Below are positions 1 to 10,343 of a stretch of DNA of 64,000 nucleotides, one piece after another. This DNA comes from Gammaproteobacteria bacterium (lineage in GTDB: Bacteria; Pseudomonadota; Gammaproteobacteria; JABABF01): contig OZ242171.1 in NCBI GenBank assembly GCA_965205525.1, positions 1,374,269 through 1,438,268 on the forward strand, read 5' to 3'. Position 1 is the stretch's first letter, and the number at the start of each line of letters is the position of its first letter. The position numbers were made by a program, and so were the translations under genes. The notes under the pieces were generated by a model, which did no database searches, had not been told where the DNA came from, and saw only the letters and a list, made by a program, of their open reading frames with translations.

Positions 1-50
1 GGCTCCGAATGACCCGCGCGGTTTAAAATAATATAATCCCCTCTCTCTTC

Positions 51-141
51 GGAGGGGTGGCAGAGCGGTTGAATGCAGCGGTCTTGAAAACCGCCGAGCC
101 CCCTGCGGGCTCCGAGAGTTCGAATCTCTCCCCCTCCGCCA
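51..141 (+). tRNA. tRNA-Ser (anticodon TGA)
   Basis: GGAGGGG...CCCCTCC-GCCA acceptor stem with encoded CCA; anticodon arm GCGGT-CTTGAAA-ACCGC; long variable arm; GTTCGAATC T-loop. Confidence 0.97.
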
Positions 142-163
142 TATTTGCAGCAGGAGAAATACC

Positions 164-466
164 ATGGCGATTTCCAAACTTTCTGCAGATGAAATTCAGT
201 CCCGTCTGGGGGGGCTGCCCGACTGGTCCCTTGAGGGCGAGCATCTGCACCGGCGTTTTGTCTTTCAGAACTTCGTCGCCGCTTTCGGTTTTATGAGCCA
301 AGTCGCGCTGCTGGCAGAAAGAGCCGACCATCATCCGGAGTGGTCCAACACCTACAAGACAGTGGATATTCGCCTCAGCACTCACGAGGCAGGGGGGATC
401 AGCCTGCGGGATTTTGAGCTGGCCGCCGCCATCAATGCAATCCTCACCCGGCAGCAGCCCTCTTAA
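164..466 (+). CDS. phhB: Pterin-4-alpha-carbinolamine dehydratase
   Basis: DHHPEW and LSTHEAGG motifs; 100 aa; AGGAG RBS. Confidence 0.93.
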   Translation: MAISKLSADEIQSRLGGLPDWSLEGEHLHRRFVFQNFVAAFGFMSQVALLAERADHHPEWSNTYKTVDIRLSTHEAGGISLRDFELAAAINAILTRQQPS

Positions 467-492
467 TCGTCCCTGTCTGCCCAGGACAGTTT

Positions 493-1506
493 TTACAAAG
501 AGCGGTCTGCTCCCGACAAGCCTGCCGCCCCAGTGCCCTGGGAGCAATACCAATTCCAGTACCATTCCACAGTTCTTCCGAGCCCCTCTTCCAAGGTAAC
601 CCGGGGGCGATAGCCCAAAGCGGAAAGCTTGGAGATGTCCGGACAGCGCCTGGGGGTTCCCCCGGGACGCAGCGGACCGGGCTTGACACGAAGGTCAATC
701 TCCAAGATTTTCCCGATCATTTCAATCAGCGCAGAGATAGGGATTTCCTCCTGGCAGCCCAAGTGATAGATCTCCCCCGGGGCACCCTCCTCACCGGCTA
801 TGCGAAAGCCCGCTGCCGCATCATCAATGCAGCAGAAAGCCCGGGTCTCCCCCCCTTCTCCCTGGATGGGAAGATCTATGGCACCGCCCTTCCTGCCTCC
901 TGACAACTCGTAGATCTTGGCGATGACCTCCGGGATCACATGGGCAAAACCCATGTCGGGGCCATAGATATTGTGGGGACGCACGATGATGCCCTCAAGA
1001 CCTCGGCGCCCGGCGAAGTGCAGGGTGAGAAGCTCCCCCGCAATCTTGCCGCCCCCGTAGCTGAACCGAGGGTTGGTCACATCCGGGATCATGAGGCGCT
1101 CGGTCTCCCGGGTGGGCACATGGGTCGGCTGATTGTAGGTCTCGCTTGTGGAAGCGAAAATCAGGCGCTTCGCCCGGGCGGCGAGGGCGGCTTCAATCAC
1201 GTTGAAAGTGCCCTTGATACCGACCTCAAGCACATCGTCCGGACGCTCGTAGAAAAATCGGGTGCCGTTAATAAAGGCCAGGTGCCAGACCGTCTCGCAC
1301 CCTTCGGCAGCTTCCCGGACCCGGGCAAAATCACGGACATCACCCGACACTGCGTCTAACCCCTCGCCCAGATTGGCCAGGCGCTCGGGGCGCCCCCGGG
1401 AATAATCATCAATAATCCGAACCTGCTGCCCCGCTGCCAAGAGCTCTCGGACCAGGGCAGCGCCGATAAACCCCCCGCCGCCGGTTACAAGGTGCTTAGC
1501 CGGCAT
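493..1506 (-). CDS. NAD-dependent nucleotide-sugar epimerase/dehydratase (extended SDR)
   Basis: LVTGGGGFIG Rossmann motif, YGGGK (YxxxK), RPHNIYGP; start moved to MPAKHLV at 1506. Confidence 0.9.
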   Translation of the reverse strand: MPAKHLVTGGGGFIGAALVRELLAAGQQVRIIDDYSRGRPERLANLGEGLDAVSGDVRDFARVREAAEGCETVWHLAFINGTRFFYERPDDVLEVGIKGTFNVIEAALAARAKRLIFASTSETYNQPTHVPTRETERLMIPDVTNPRFSYGGGKIAGELLTLHFAGRRGLEGIIVRPHNIYGPDMGFAHVIPEVIAKIYELSGGRKGGAIDLPIQGEGGETRAFCCIDDAAAGFRIAGEEGAPGEIYHLGCQEEIPISALIEMIGKILEIDLRVKPGPLRPGGTPRRCPDISKLSALGYRPRVTLEEGLGRTVEWYWNWYCSQGTGAAGLSGADRSL

Positions 1507-1510
1507 GTCT

Positions 1511-2770
1511 TTAGTGTCCAGCCAAAGCGCCAGCGCGGTAGAAGATTTTTTTAATGCCGCCCACGTTCCAGATATCCACCACCCAGGTTTCCGGGCTGTC
1601 GGCGGCAATTTGCTCCAGCACGGCATGATAGCCGTCGTGATCCGCCAGCATGAACACGCAGCCGGCCCCTCGGCAGGCATCCTCTGCGCTCCAATTCTTC
1701 ACCACCCCGTTGCCCGCATCGGGGATCGGGTCCGGCAGGTTGTGATCGCTGATGCGCAGCTCCTTCGGCAGTTCTCGCTGAAGGTGACGCACCAGCTTGG
1801 GCGCCAGGCTGTCACGAGTATCGTCGCAGTTGCGCTTGAAGGTGTAGCCCAGGATGGCGATGGTCTGATCGTGATAGGAGGCGCGCTTTTTCTGATTCTG
1901 CATCAGGAGCATCGGTGTGTACTCGTTTATTTTCCATGCGGACAGCAGCAAGTCTGGATACGGGCTCCACTCGTTGATCATGCCAAAATCCTTGCGCAGA
2001 CAGCTTCCCGCAGCTAAGCCCGGCATCTCAATGGAAGCCCGGGGATATTTGTAGTTCGCCATGTGGCGAAGCTCGTGGATATCCGCTCCGAAATTCTCCG
2101 CCACCAGAAAGAACTGGTTGGCAATGGCAAAATTGATATAGCGGGCCGAATTGTTAAACAGCTTGACCAGCTCTGCGCCCACGAAATTGGTGTGCAGAAT
2201 CTCCGGCGCAAGGTTTGAAAAAACCTTGGCGATCGCCTCGCGGCTGAGATCGTCCTCGGTGCCGACAATCTGGGGCAGCAGACGCAGCTCCTCATAAGCA
2301 TGGCCCTCCGCAATGCGTTCGGGGCAGAAGGCCAGTGCAATATCGGCGCCGATCTTTAGGGCGGTGTTCTGCTCCAGCCATTTGCGCACATAGGTGGTGG
2401 TGCCCGGGGCCACGGTGCTGCGCAGGCAGATAAGCTGACCCGGGCGCAGATGCCCGACAATCTGGCTGAGCACCCTTCGCACCTGGCTGATATCACTTTC
2501 TATGTGGCTCATCAATGGGGTGCCCACTGTAATTACGATGGCCCGTGAATCGGCGATGACCGGGGGCTCCTCCATGACCCGAAAGGTGCGCTTGGCTATC
2601 AGCTCTTCATAGCCGGGCTCGGCAAAGGGCATTCTGCCAGCATTGATCGCCTCCCGAGTCTCTTCATGCACATCAAGGCCGACCGCCTTCAGGCCGGCAT
2701 CCATGAAGCTCAGCCCCAGCGGCAGACCGACCCGCCCGGTGCCCACGATGCACACATCATATTTAAACAT
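1511..2770 (-). CDS. UDP-glucose/GDP-mannose dehydrogenase family nucleotide-sugar dehydrogenase
   Basis: GTGRVG, RSTVAPGTT, FCPERI, AELVKLFNN, GSCLRKD, DDTRDS; start MFKYD at 2770. Confidence 0.92.
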   Translation of the reverse strand: MFKYDVCIVGTGRVGLPLGLSFMDAGLKAVGLDVHEETREAINAGRMPFAEPGYEELIAKRTFRVMEEPPVIADSRAIVITVGTPLMSHIESDISQVRRVLSQIVGHLRPGQLICLRSTVAPGTTTYVRKWLEQNTALKIGADIALAFCPERIAEGHAYEELRLLPQIVGTEDDLSREAIAKVFSNLAPEILHTNFVGAELVKLFNNSARYINFAIANQFFLVAENFGADIHELRHMANYKYPRASIEMPGLAAGSCLRKDFGMINEWSPYPDLLLSAWKINEYTPMLLMQNQKKRASYHDQTIAILGYTFKRNCDDTRDSLAPKLVRHLQRELPKELRISDHNLPDPIPDAGNGVVKNWSAEDACRGAGCVFMLADHDGYHAVLEQIAADSPETWVVDIWNVGGIKKIFYRAGALAGH

Positions 2771-3422
2771 GGGTTTGCCCTGAAGCATGGCGCACGAAGG
2801 GGTTTTCCCGCAGCTCCTCGCCGATGGTGGTGGGAAGGCCATGACCGGTGATCACCCGGGCATCCTCGTCCAAGGTGTACAGCCTCTCCTGTATTGATTT
2901 TTCAATCTGCGTGAAACTGCCGCCCGGCAAGTCTGTGCGTCCCACCGAGCGCTGGAACAGGGTGTCCCCCGCCAATAGCAGCTTGTGGGGAGCAAACCAG
3001 AAACTCATAGAGCCAGGGGTATGCCCGGGGGTATGCAGGGCGACACCGGAGCAGCAGTGCAGGTCTTCATCGTCCTGCAGCCAGCGGTCCGGGGGCGGAA
3101 GAGAGACCTCGGGAATGCCGAACATGCGACACTGCTCCTGCACCATATCCCACAGGAAGATGTCATCTCTATGCAGAAAGATCGGCGCACCGGTGGCCTC
3201 CCGTATCTCCCCGGCGGCCAGGATATGGTCCAGATGCGCGTGGGTATGAATAATCCCCTGCAGAATCAGGTTCTCCTCTTCCAGCGTCTTTAGAATGCGC
3301 CCGGCATCGCCGCCCGGGTCCACCACCACTGCCTTGCGGCTCACCGAGTCCCCCAGAATGCTGCAATTGCACTGCAGCGGACCCACCGGGAACCAATGAT
3401 GAACGAGCTTCTCCCCGCTCAT
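2763..3422 (-). CDS. MBL-fold metallo-hydrolase (YcbL/glyoxalase II-like)
   Basis: THAHLDH, TPGHTPGS, GDTLF, GHG motifs; start MSGEK at 3422. Confidence 0.92.
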   Translation of the reverse strand: MSGEKLVHHWFPVGPLQCNCSILGDSVSRKAVVVDPGGDAGRILKTLEEENLILQGIIHTHAHLDHILAAGEIREATGAPIFLHRDDIFLWDMVQEQCRMFGIPEVSLPPPDRWLQDDEDLHCCSGVALHTPGHTPGSMSFWFAPHKLLLAGDTLFQRSVGRTDLPGGSFTQIEKSIQERLYTLDEDARVITGHGLPTTIGEELRENPFVRHASGQTHV

Positions 3423-4102
3423 GATTGCGCCGCCGACAGGGCCTGATACCGGACCTCCAGCGCCTCCTCCAACCGGCGGCGAAAATCCGGGTCGCCAGCA
3501 TCGTATCCCGCCATAATCTCTTCTAGATGAAGGTTGTCCTCCCGCCCTCCCCATTCCTTGCGGTAGCTGCCGTCTTGGTAGCCGTGGCGCTGGCGAAAAA
3601 GATTGAGCACATTTTTGCCGATATAGCGGGCATACAGGCCGTCAAAATCCAGGCCGGCCGCCTGGTTCAGAGAGCAGAACAGGGGTACAGAAAAAGAGTG
3701 GCGGCGAAGCACATGCAGCGCCAAGGCTTCCGCAGCCTCCGGCACAGCGGGGGGGGATAGCGCCGCCGGGGTCAAGAAAGCAGCGGCCGCTGTCCTCCCG
3801 GCGGCATCTCGCCCCTCTTGTGCCAAGAGAGCGCTCAGCCCGAAATGCCAGATGTCCACCACCTCCAGACGCAGCTGCTCTATGTCCATCTCCTGCCGCC
3901 GCCACCATTTCCAGTCACAGTGCTCTAAAAGCTCTGCACACTCCAGCCACAAGGCGCGGTGCCAAGCGTAGCCCTGCTCCTTCCATTCCGGGTGCACTGT
4001 GGTGTTCATCTCTTCCTGCAGGTCCAGCATGACTTGCATGCGGGGAAGCAAGCCATCTCTCCCCTCTGCTTTGGCCAGCTTTGCAGAGGAGGCTCGGAGC
4101 AC
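3419..4102 (-). CDS. Dimeric (all-alpha) dUTP diphosphatase
   Basis: ECAELLEH.DWKWW, LEVVDIWHF, YIGKNVLNLFRQ.HGY..G.Y.K.W.G.EDN are hallmarks of the dUTPase_2 family. Confidence 0.9.
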   Translation of the reverse strand: MLRASSAKLAKAEGRDGLLPRMQVMLDLQEEMNTTVHPEWKEQGYAWHRALWLECAELLEHCDWKWWRRQEMDIEQLRLEVVDIWHFGLSALLAQEGRDAAGRTAAAAFLTPAALSPPAVPEAAEALALHVLRRHSFSVPLFCSLNQAAGLDFDGLYARYIGKNVLNLFRQRHGYQDGSYRKEWGGREDNLHLEEIMAGYDAGDPDFRRRLEEALEVRYQALSAAQS

Positions 4103-4104
4103 GC

Positions 4105-5280
4105 TCAGCCCTCTTCCTTCAGCACATCTTCGGTATTTAATTTAAAACCATTAAAGTCTTCAATATCAATCTGATATACCCAGGGCGCATGCAGGGTTTC
4201 AAGCTGCTCTCGCTCCGCTGCCGCCGCTGCGGTGTCCGGCAGCAATTCTTTGGCGGGAGCTGATACGGCCTCCCCGATAACCGGCACCGCCAGCACAGGC
4301 GGTGCATCCGTGTCGGCGGCAGCTTGCCCGGCATCCTCTCCGGCCGCCGGAGCAGTCCTCCCGGGGACGGCCTCCAGGCTAAAGCCAAGGCGCAGGAGGA
4401 CCTGCCCTGACTCCTCTCCCGCTTGCGGCTCCTGCTGGGCCAGCTCCGCCGTGATGCCGAGACCGTTGAAGCAGACGAAGCTTGCCGTTACCGCCGCCTG
4501 CCCGGGAAACTCCGCCTCCTCGGCGGGGGAAAGCCCGGTAAAGGACAGAGATTGCAGGAGAGCGCCGTATTTGTCCAAGGCATCCTCCTCGTCCAGTTCC
4601 CGCCCGTCTGGCATATTTTCCAGCTGCAGGTGCTGCTCTTCGGGGCTCTCCCGGTACAGCCTGTAGCGCTCCGCCGGCCCGCTATCAAGGCGAACTTCGC
4701 GAATCCGCTCGTAGGGGATTTCAAGCAGGGGCTGCCGCAGCCATTCCCAGGCTTCAAAGGGAACATCCGGCAGACGGCGGTCCACCAGCCAGCTCTGGTT
4801 TTCACCGCTCTTGCGCACATACTGACCGCTGCGGGAGGCCGCTTCATCGCCGAACAGGATGTCGGCCAGCACTCTCTTTCCCGCCCCTGCGAGGCGGATC
4901 TGCAGAGCCCCTCCCTGCTCCTCGGAGGGCTCGCTAAGGCCCAGCTCTGAGTGGTACTCCGGATTGGCGGTCTTCGCCTCTTCCAACTCCATTTCAACGA
5001 GGGTGCCGAGCAGCTCCGACAGCTTGCCTAAATCCGCCGGGTAGCCCTCGTAGCCGATCACATTCCAATCCTCTCCGGCACGGTACAGGAAAATGGGCTG
5101 TTCGCCGGCGTACAGCACCTCCACTTCCTGCAGCTCGCCCGACTGCTCCTCCAGACCGGGCAGGAGCAGCTCCCCGGTCCCCAGCTGCTGCCGGCCCGCA
5201 GAGCCGCGCTCAAACACCACCGCCAGGCCCACCGCCAGCAGGGCCAGCACCAGGAGGGTCAGAAACAGGCCGCGACTCAT
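4105..5280 (-). CDS. DUF4340 domain membrane-anchored protein
   Basis: N-terminal TM; YPAD..K and YVRK.GENQSWL motifs; last gene of a Gld-type ABC operon. Confidence 0.8.
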   Translation of the reverse strand: MSRGLFLTLLVLALLAVGLAVVFERGSAGRQQLGTGELLLPGLEEQSGELQEVEVLYAGEQPIFLYRAGEDWNVIGYEGYPADLGKLSELLGTLVEMELEEAKTANPEYHSELGLSEPSEEQGGALQIRLAGAGKRVLADILFGDEAASRSGQYVRKSGENQSWLVDRRLPDVPFEAWEWLRQPLLEIPYERIREVRLDSGPAERYRLYRESPEEQHLQLENMPDGRELDEEDALDKYGALLQSLSFTGLSPAEEAEFPGQAAVTASFVCFNGLGITAELAQQEPQAGEESGQVLLRLGFSLEAVPGRTAPAAGEDAGQAAADTDAPPVLAVPVIGEAVSAPAKELLPDTAAAAAEREQLETLHAPWVYQIDIEDFNGFKLNTEDVLKEEG

Positions 5281-7136
5281 GGCAAACGGCGGCGACGCAG
5301 GCGATAGGCCTGCAGATGGTAAATGCCCAAGAGCGCAAGCACCAGGAGGAGCGGTGCCGCCACGATATTGACAATGCCAAGGCGGGTACCCAAGCTTTCA
5401 ATATCGCGGCTCAGCTGGTGGCGGACCTCGCGCAGCTCCCGACGGATGCGCAGCCGCTCGCCCTCAAAGCGTTTCTTCGCAGCACGCTTCTCTGTATTCA
5501 AAAGACGCTTGTCCTTTTTGCTGCTCTCCTGATTCAGACGCCGGAGCTCGCTCTCGGTCTGCCGAAGACGCTCCTCCAGCTCCTCGGCCCGGGAGCGGTA
5601 GCGCTCATCGGCCTCCCGGCGGATCGCGTCCACGGCGGTGAAGGGGCGGGAGTAGCGGCCCCGGCTGCGAACAGCTATCAGCGCTGGACTGCCGCCTAAA
5701 TAATCCAAGGCATTGAGTACGAAATTGCCGTTGTCCGCCGCCTGCTGCAAAAAGCGATGGCCGAGCAGGTTGCCCACCTGCACCCAGTACTGATCGGTCA
5801 GCATGTCGGTATCGGCGGCCAGAATCAGGTTGATATTGTCTGCGCTTTCCAAGTGCTCCGAGGCGGCGGAAGCGGTGCTGGGAGAAGCCGGGAAAGCGCT
5901 GCTGGCAGGCCCGCTCACCAAGGCCGCCAAAATCGGCGGCTCCTCAGCTGTACTCATATAGCGGCGCAGATCCACCGAGGCAACACGGTAGTTCAGGAGG
6001 CTCCCCTGCAATAGGCCGCCGCTGGGACCGGTGCGCAGCAGGGGCTGCAGCCGGGTGACCGCGCCGTCAGACGCCTCCAGGCTGCCCGGCACCCCGACAC
6101 GTATCGACTCAAGCTGCGCGGTGACCACCTCGTCGCGACTCAAGCCCTCTTCGGTGACGCTGAAATAGGCCGGATGAAGCTGGGCCGGTCCGCTGCCCAC
6201 ATGGACGCGCATCGCGTTGCCAGGGTCGGCGGCCACGACGGCTGCATCCATTTTCACACCCCAGGCACTGAGCATGCGCCAGAAGGGGGAGCCCGGGCCC
6301 AAAGCCGGTTCGCCGCGGCCCTGGCTGACCGCGACACCGCTGACCGGGTCGGCAAAGATCAGTGCCTTGCCTCCCTGCATCAGGTGCTGGTCTAAGACAT
6401 ACAGCGCGGTTTCCGGCAGCCCGGAGGGGCGTACCGCCAGCATCACGTCCACCCCTTTCGGCAAGACAGCGCTCTCGGTATCTAAGAAGCGCACCTGGAA
6501 AGACTGCCGCACTTGGCGCAGCACCACCCACTCCCCCTGCCCGCTGGCCTGGTCCACGGAGCCCTCGCTGAGATCCAGAGAGCTGAGAACGCCGACCACG
6601 GGCTTTGCCGGGTGCAGAAGTTTGTACAAAAGGCGGCTGATCTCGTACTCCAGCACCCCCTCCCGGTCGGCTTCAAAGAAGGGAATGACCTGGTGACGGT
6701 CAACGCTGTCAATAGCGGCCATGCCAAAGTAAATGGTGTCTCCGCCCACCTCCAGCGGGCGCGCCTGCAAGCCCAGCTCCGAGGCCTGCTCCTCCGCCCG
6801 GGAGAAGGGCTCCGGGTCCACCACCTGCAGCTGCAGGCGCTCGCCGCCGTAGGAGGAATACTCCCCCAAAAGCTCACGCACCTGGCGCGAGTAGCTGCGC
6901 AGGGAGGGCACATTGCGAGTCACCTTATCCGAGAAGAAAAAGTGCAGGTGCACCGGCTCTTTAATCTCGTCTATGATCTCGCGGCTGCCGTCGGAAAGGG
7001 TGTAGAGCCCCTGCTCTGTCAGGTCCAGCCGCAGCCCGCCGAAGAGCAGGTTGTTCAGGATGTTGAAGGCGATAAAAATCACCCCCAAGAGCAGATAGCC
7101 GGAGGAGGAGAAGAGGCTGTCGCGGGAAATCGTCAT
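5277..7136 (-). CDS. GldG-family ABC transporter auxiliary component
   Basis: RLDLTEQGLYTLS, VDPEPFS, LEYEISR, DNGNFVLNALD; N- and C-terminal TM; coiled coil. Confidence 0.9.
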   Translation of the reverse strand: MTISRDSLFSSSGYLLLGVIFIAFNILNNLLFGGLRLDLTEQGLYTLSDGSREIIDEIKEPVHLHFFFSDKVTRNVPSLRSYSRQVRELLGEYSSYGGERLQLQVVDPEPFSRAEEQASELGLQARPLEVGGDTIYFGMAAIDSVDRHQVIPFFEADREGVLEYEISRLLYKLLHPAKPVVGVLSSLDLSEGSVDQASGQGEWVVLRQVRQSFQVRFLDTESAVLPKGVDVMLAVRPSGLPETALYVLDQHLMQGGKALIFADPVSGVAVSQGRGEPALGPGSPFWRMLSAWGVKMDAAVVAADPGNAMRVHVGSGPAQLHPAYFSVTEEGLSRDEVVTAQLESIRVGVPGSLEASDGAVTRLQPLLRTGPSGGLLQGSLLNYRVASVDLRRYMSTAEEPPILAALVSGPASSAFPASPSTASAASEHLESADNINLILAADTDMLTDQYWVQVGNLLGHRFLQQAADNGNFVLNALDYLGGSPALIAVRSRGRYSRPFTAVDAIRREADERYRSRAEELEERLRQTESELRRLNQESSKKDKRLLNTEKRAAKKRFEGERLRIRRELREVRHQLSRDIESLGTRLGIVNIVAAPLLLVLALLGIYHLQAYRLRRRRLP

Positions 7137-7142
7137 GGCGAC

Positions 7143-7889
7143 TCAGTCCCCTTGGGAGCGCTCTATGGCCAGGGTGGCCGCCGCCAGCCAGACAGCCACC
7201 AAGGACAGGTAATAAAGGATGTCCCGCAGTGCAATAACGCCCTTGGAGGCCGCCTCAAAATGGGACAGGAAGCCGAGAGAGACGATGGCGTCCACAATGA
7301 TCGGCGGCGCCCAGCTGCTGAATACGCCGATAAACATCTGGTGCCCGGCCAGGACAAACAGAAAGCAGATCACCGCAGTCAGTATGAAGGCGACAACCGG
7401 GTTGCGAGTGAAGGCCGACAGGCAGCAGCCGATGGCGAGAAACCCCCCCGCCATCAGCCAGCTGCCCAGGTAGGCGGCGGCGATGACGCCGTTGTCCGGC
7501 TGGCCCAGGTAGTTCACGGTCAGCCACATGGGAAAGGTCATGACAAGAGCCAGCCCGCAGAAAAACCAGGCGGCCAGGAACTTGGCGAGCACCGTGTGCC
7601 AGACCCGCACCGGCAGGGTCAGCAGGAGCTCAATGCTGCCGGTGCCGCGCTCCTCCGCCCACAGACGCATGGAGAGGGCTGGCACCAGAAAAAGGTACAG
7701 CCAGGGGTGGTAGTTGAAAAAGACCCACAGGTCCGCCTGGCCGCGCTCGTAAAAGCCGCCGAGGCGGAAGGCGAAGACGCCGCTCATGGAGAGGAAGATC
7801 AGCACAAAGACATAGGCCAGCGGCGTCGCGAAGAAAGCGCCGAACTCGCGCCGCAGGACCGCCCAGAAAACGCCGAACTCGCCCTTCAT
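7143..7889 (-). CDS. ABC transporter permease (GldF-like)
   Basis: FATPLAYVF, MRLWAEER.TGSIELLLTLP; six hydrophobic segments. Confidence 0.92.
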   Translation of the reverse strand: MKGEFGVFWAVLRREFGAFFATPLAYVFVLIFLSMSGVFAFRLGGFYERGQADLWVFFNYHPWLYLFLVPALSMRLWAEERGTGSIELLLTLPVRVWHTVLAKFLAAWFFCGLALVMTFPMWLTVNYLGQPDNGVIAAAYLGSWLMAGGFLAIGCCLSAFTRNPVVAFILTAVICFLFVLAGHQMFIGVFSSWAPPIIVDAIVSLGFLSHFEAASKGVIALRDILYYLSLVAVWLAAATLAIERSQGD

Positions 7890-8830
7890 GCCATCCGCCC
7901 TCGGGTAATCTCGCGGAAGACATCGTCCAGCTGCCCCGCTTCCACATACAGGGACTTAGGCGCGATGCCCGCCTCGTGCAGACGCGCCTGCACCCGGGCC
8001 AAAATCGGCTGACCGTCCTTGGCGAGCACGGTGTAGCGGCCCTCGCCCTGCTCTTCAACTTCTGCCACCCCCTCCACTGATGCCAGGGCGCCGGGCACAT
8101 CCCCGGGGGCCTCCATTTCCAAGCGGAGCGCGTTGTGCAGACGGGATTTTGTCCGCAGAGCCTCAGGGGTTTCATCCGCTACCAGGCGACCATCGGCGAT
8201 GATGATCGCCCGGCTGCAGACCGCGCTCACCTCCTCCAGGATATGGGTGGAGATAACGATGATCTTGTCCTGGGACAGTTCGCCGATAAGATGGCGCACC
8301 TGATGCTTCTGGTTGGGATCCAAGCCGTCGGTGGGCTCATCCAAAATCAGGATGTCGGGATTGTGAAGAATCGCCTGGGCGAGGCCGACCCGACGTTTAA
8401 AACCTTTAGACAAATCGCCGATGCGACGGCCCAGCACCGCTCCGAGCTCCAGCCGCTCCACGGCGGAGGACACCGCTCTGGTTGCTAAAGCCCCCCGGCA
8501 ACTGCGAACGGAGGCTATAAAATGAAGAAAATCCTGCACCTCCATGTCACCGTAGCAGGGGGCCCCCTCCGGCAGATAGCCCATGCAGCGCTGGGCTTCC
8601 AAGGGATGGTCAACCACGTCAAAGCCGCCGACAGAGATGCGACCGGCACTAGGGCGCAGAAAGCCGGTAACCATTTTCATGGTGGTGGATTTGCCGGCCC
8701 CATTCGGACCCAAAAAACCGAGAACCTCGCCGGTGCTGACCTCAAAGCTGAGATCATCAACGGCCAGAATATCTCCGAATCGTCTGCTTAGATGCTCAAC
8801 CTGAATCACAGGCAACAAAGTTTCAGGCAA
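7886..8830 (-). CDS. ABC transporter ATP-binding protein (GldA-like)
   Basis: GPNGAGKST, LSKG signature, ILDEPT, STH. Confidence 0.95.
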   Translation of the reverse strand: MPETLLPVIQVEHLSRRFGDILAVDDLSFEVSTGEVLGFLGPNGAGKSTTMKMVTGFLRPSAGRISVGGFDVVDHPLEAQRCMGYLPEGAPCYGDMEVQDFLHFIASVRSCRGALATRAVSSAVERLELGAVLGRRIGDLSKGFKRRVGLAQAILHNPDILILDEPTDGLDPNQKHQVRHLIGELSQDKIIVISTHILEEVSAVCSRAIIIADGRLVADETPEALRTKSRLHNALRLEMEAPGDVPGALASVEGVAEVEEQGEGRYTVLAKDGQPILARVQARLHEAGIAPKSLYVEAGQLDDVFREITRGRMA

Positions 8831-8900
8831 AAATTAAAACGCCGACCCTGCAAAGAAGGGCCCCAGCGGGTGCCTAGCATAGCAAATCCCAGGCACATAT

Positions 8901-10343
8901 TCAAGCCGCCACCACCTCATCGGCCCAATCCTCCAAGGCAGAGAGCAGCTGCTGCTCCCTATCCTCCCCCAACTGCTCCTTGAGTGCGGCAATTCTTTCC
9001 AGGTATTCCTCCAGCAGCAGGGGCACCTCCCCTTCTGCCTCGGTGAGACGGCGATAACGGTACTCTTCCCACCGGGCATGCTCCTCGGGGGTCAAGGTGT
9101 CGGGAAAGTTGCGGGCGCGGTAGCGAAAAAGCATTTCTGGCAGACGCGAGTCCTGAAAGCGAAACTCGCTTCCGGCCAAATTCAAAGGGGTCGTCTCCCG
9201 CACTTTTTTGCACAGGGCCCGGTCTGCATCCTGAAAAAAGCCGCCGTACAGAAGGCGCTCCGGGTCCTTCGGCTGCTCCCGCTCCGGCCCCTCGGATAAC
9301 GCCGCCGCCACCCGCTCGGCCAATCTCTTTTCTCCCTGCAGCCTTGAAATACGCTCATCGCACAGGGCCTGGTTCATGCCGATACGCTCCTCGGCAGCCT
9401 CATTATTTTTTAAAATAGACAGCGGTGCAAATACGGGACACTGGTTCAGGATGATGGTCTGCAGCCCGAGAGAGCCCCACTCTTTTCTGGCGGCGACAGC
9501 CTCCCGCAATTCGCTGTCCCCAAGACCGAGCAGCGGCTCCGGGTCGGCGTTTAGATTAAAAACGATAACCGACTGCTTCCGCTCCGGCTCCCGCACCAGC
9601 GGCAGGACCGGTGCCGTGCAACAGCGATCATTGCCGTAAAAATTGGAGACATGCAGCACCGCTTTACGGCCGATGCTGCCCTCTAGCAGCGCATCTGCAT
9701 GTCTTTTGTTCCGAAGAGCCAGGGTGTAATCAAACAGACGCGCCTGCTGGCTTCGCACCAGGCGCGCCAGTCCCAGGGTCATGCGGACATCCGCCAGGGC
9801 ATTATGGGCCTGGCTGACATCAATGCCGTTGGCACGGGCCAGGCGCTCCAATTTAAAGGACGGCACACCCTCCTCGTCTTCGGCCCATTCAATACCGTCG
9901 GGGCGCAGCGCCCGGCACAGCCGCATCACATTCAGCAGATCCCAGCGGGAGTTCCCGTCCTGCCACTCCCGGGCATAGGGGTCGTAGAAATTTCGGTACA
10001 GCAGGTGGCGAGTGAACTCGTCGTCAAAGCGGATGCTGTTGTAGCCGACCCCGCAGGTGCCGGGGCGGGACAGCTCTTCGTGCACACGCTTGGCAAAAGC
10101 GTGCTCCGGCAGCCCCCGCTCCTGTGCCAGCTGGGGTGTGATGCCGGTTATCAGGCAGGCCTCGGGGTCCGGCAGCACGTCGGCAGCCGGACAGCAGTAG
10201 ATCTCCAAGGGCTCCTCCAGTGGGTTCAGCTCCGCATCGGTGCGCAGACCGCCGAATTGGAGGGGGCGGTCATACCAATAGGAGGTGCCAGTGGTCTCGT
10301 AGTCGTACCAATAAAAGCTCTCTGGGGCGGGCGGAGTGCTCAC
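8901..10343 (-). CDS. sbcB: Exodeoxyribonuclease I
   Basis: WYDYET, GYNSIRFDDE, AHNALADV, RYRARNFP. Confidence 0.96.
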   Translation of the reverse strand: MSTPPAPESFYWYDYETTGTSYWYDRPLQFGGLRTDAELNPLEEPLEIYCCPAADVLPDPEACLITGITPQLAQERGLPEHAFAKRVHEELSRPGTCGVGYNSIRFDDEFTRHLLYRNFYDPYAREWQDGNSRWDLLNVMRLCRALRPDGIEWAEDEEGVPSFKLERLARANGIDVSQAHNALADVRMTLGLARLVRSQQARLFDYTLALRNKRHADALLEGSIGRKAVLHVSNFYGNDRCCTAPVLPLVREPERKQSVIVFNLNADPEPLLGLGDSELREAVAARKEWGSLGLQTIILNQCPVFAPLSILKNNEAAEERIGMNQALCDERISRLQGEKRLAERVAAALSEGPEREQPKDPERLLYGGFFQDADRALCKKVRETTPLNLAGSEFRFQDSRLPEMLFRYRARNFPDTLTPEEHARWEEYRYRRLTEAEGEVPLLLEEYLERIAALKEQLGEDREQQLLSALEDWADEVVAA

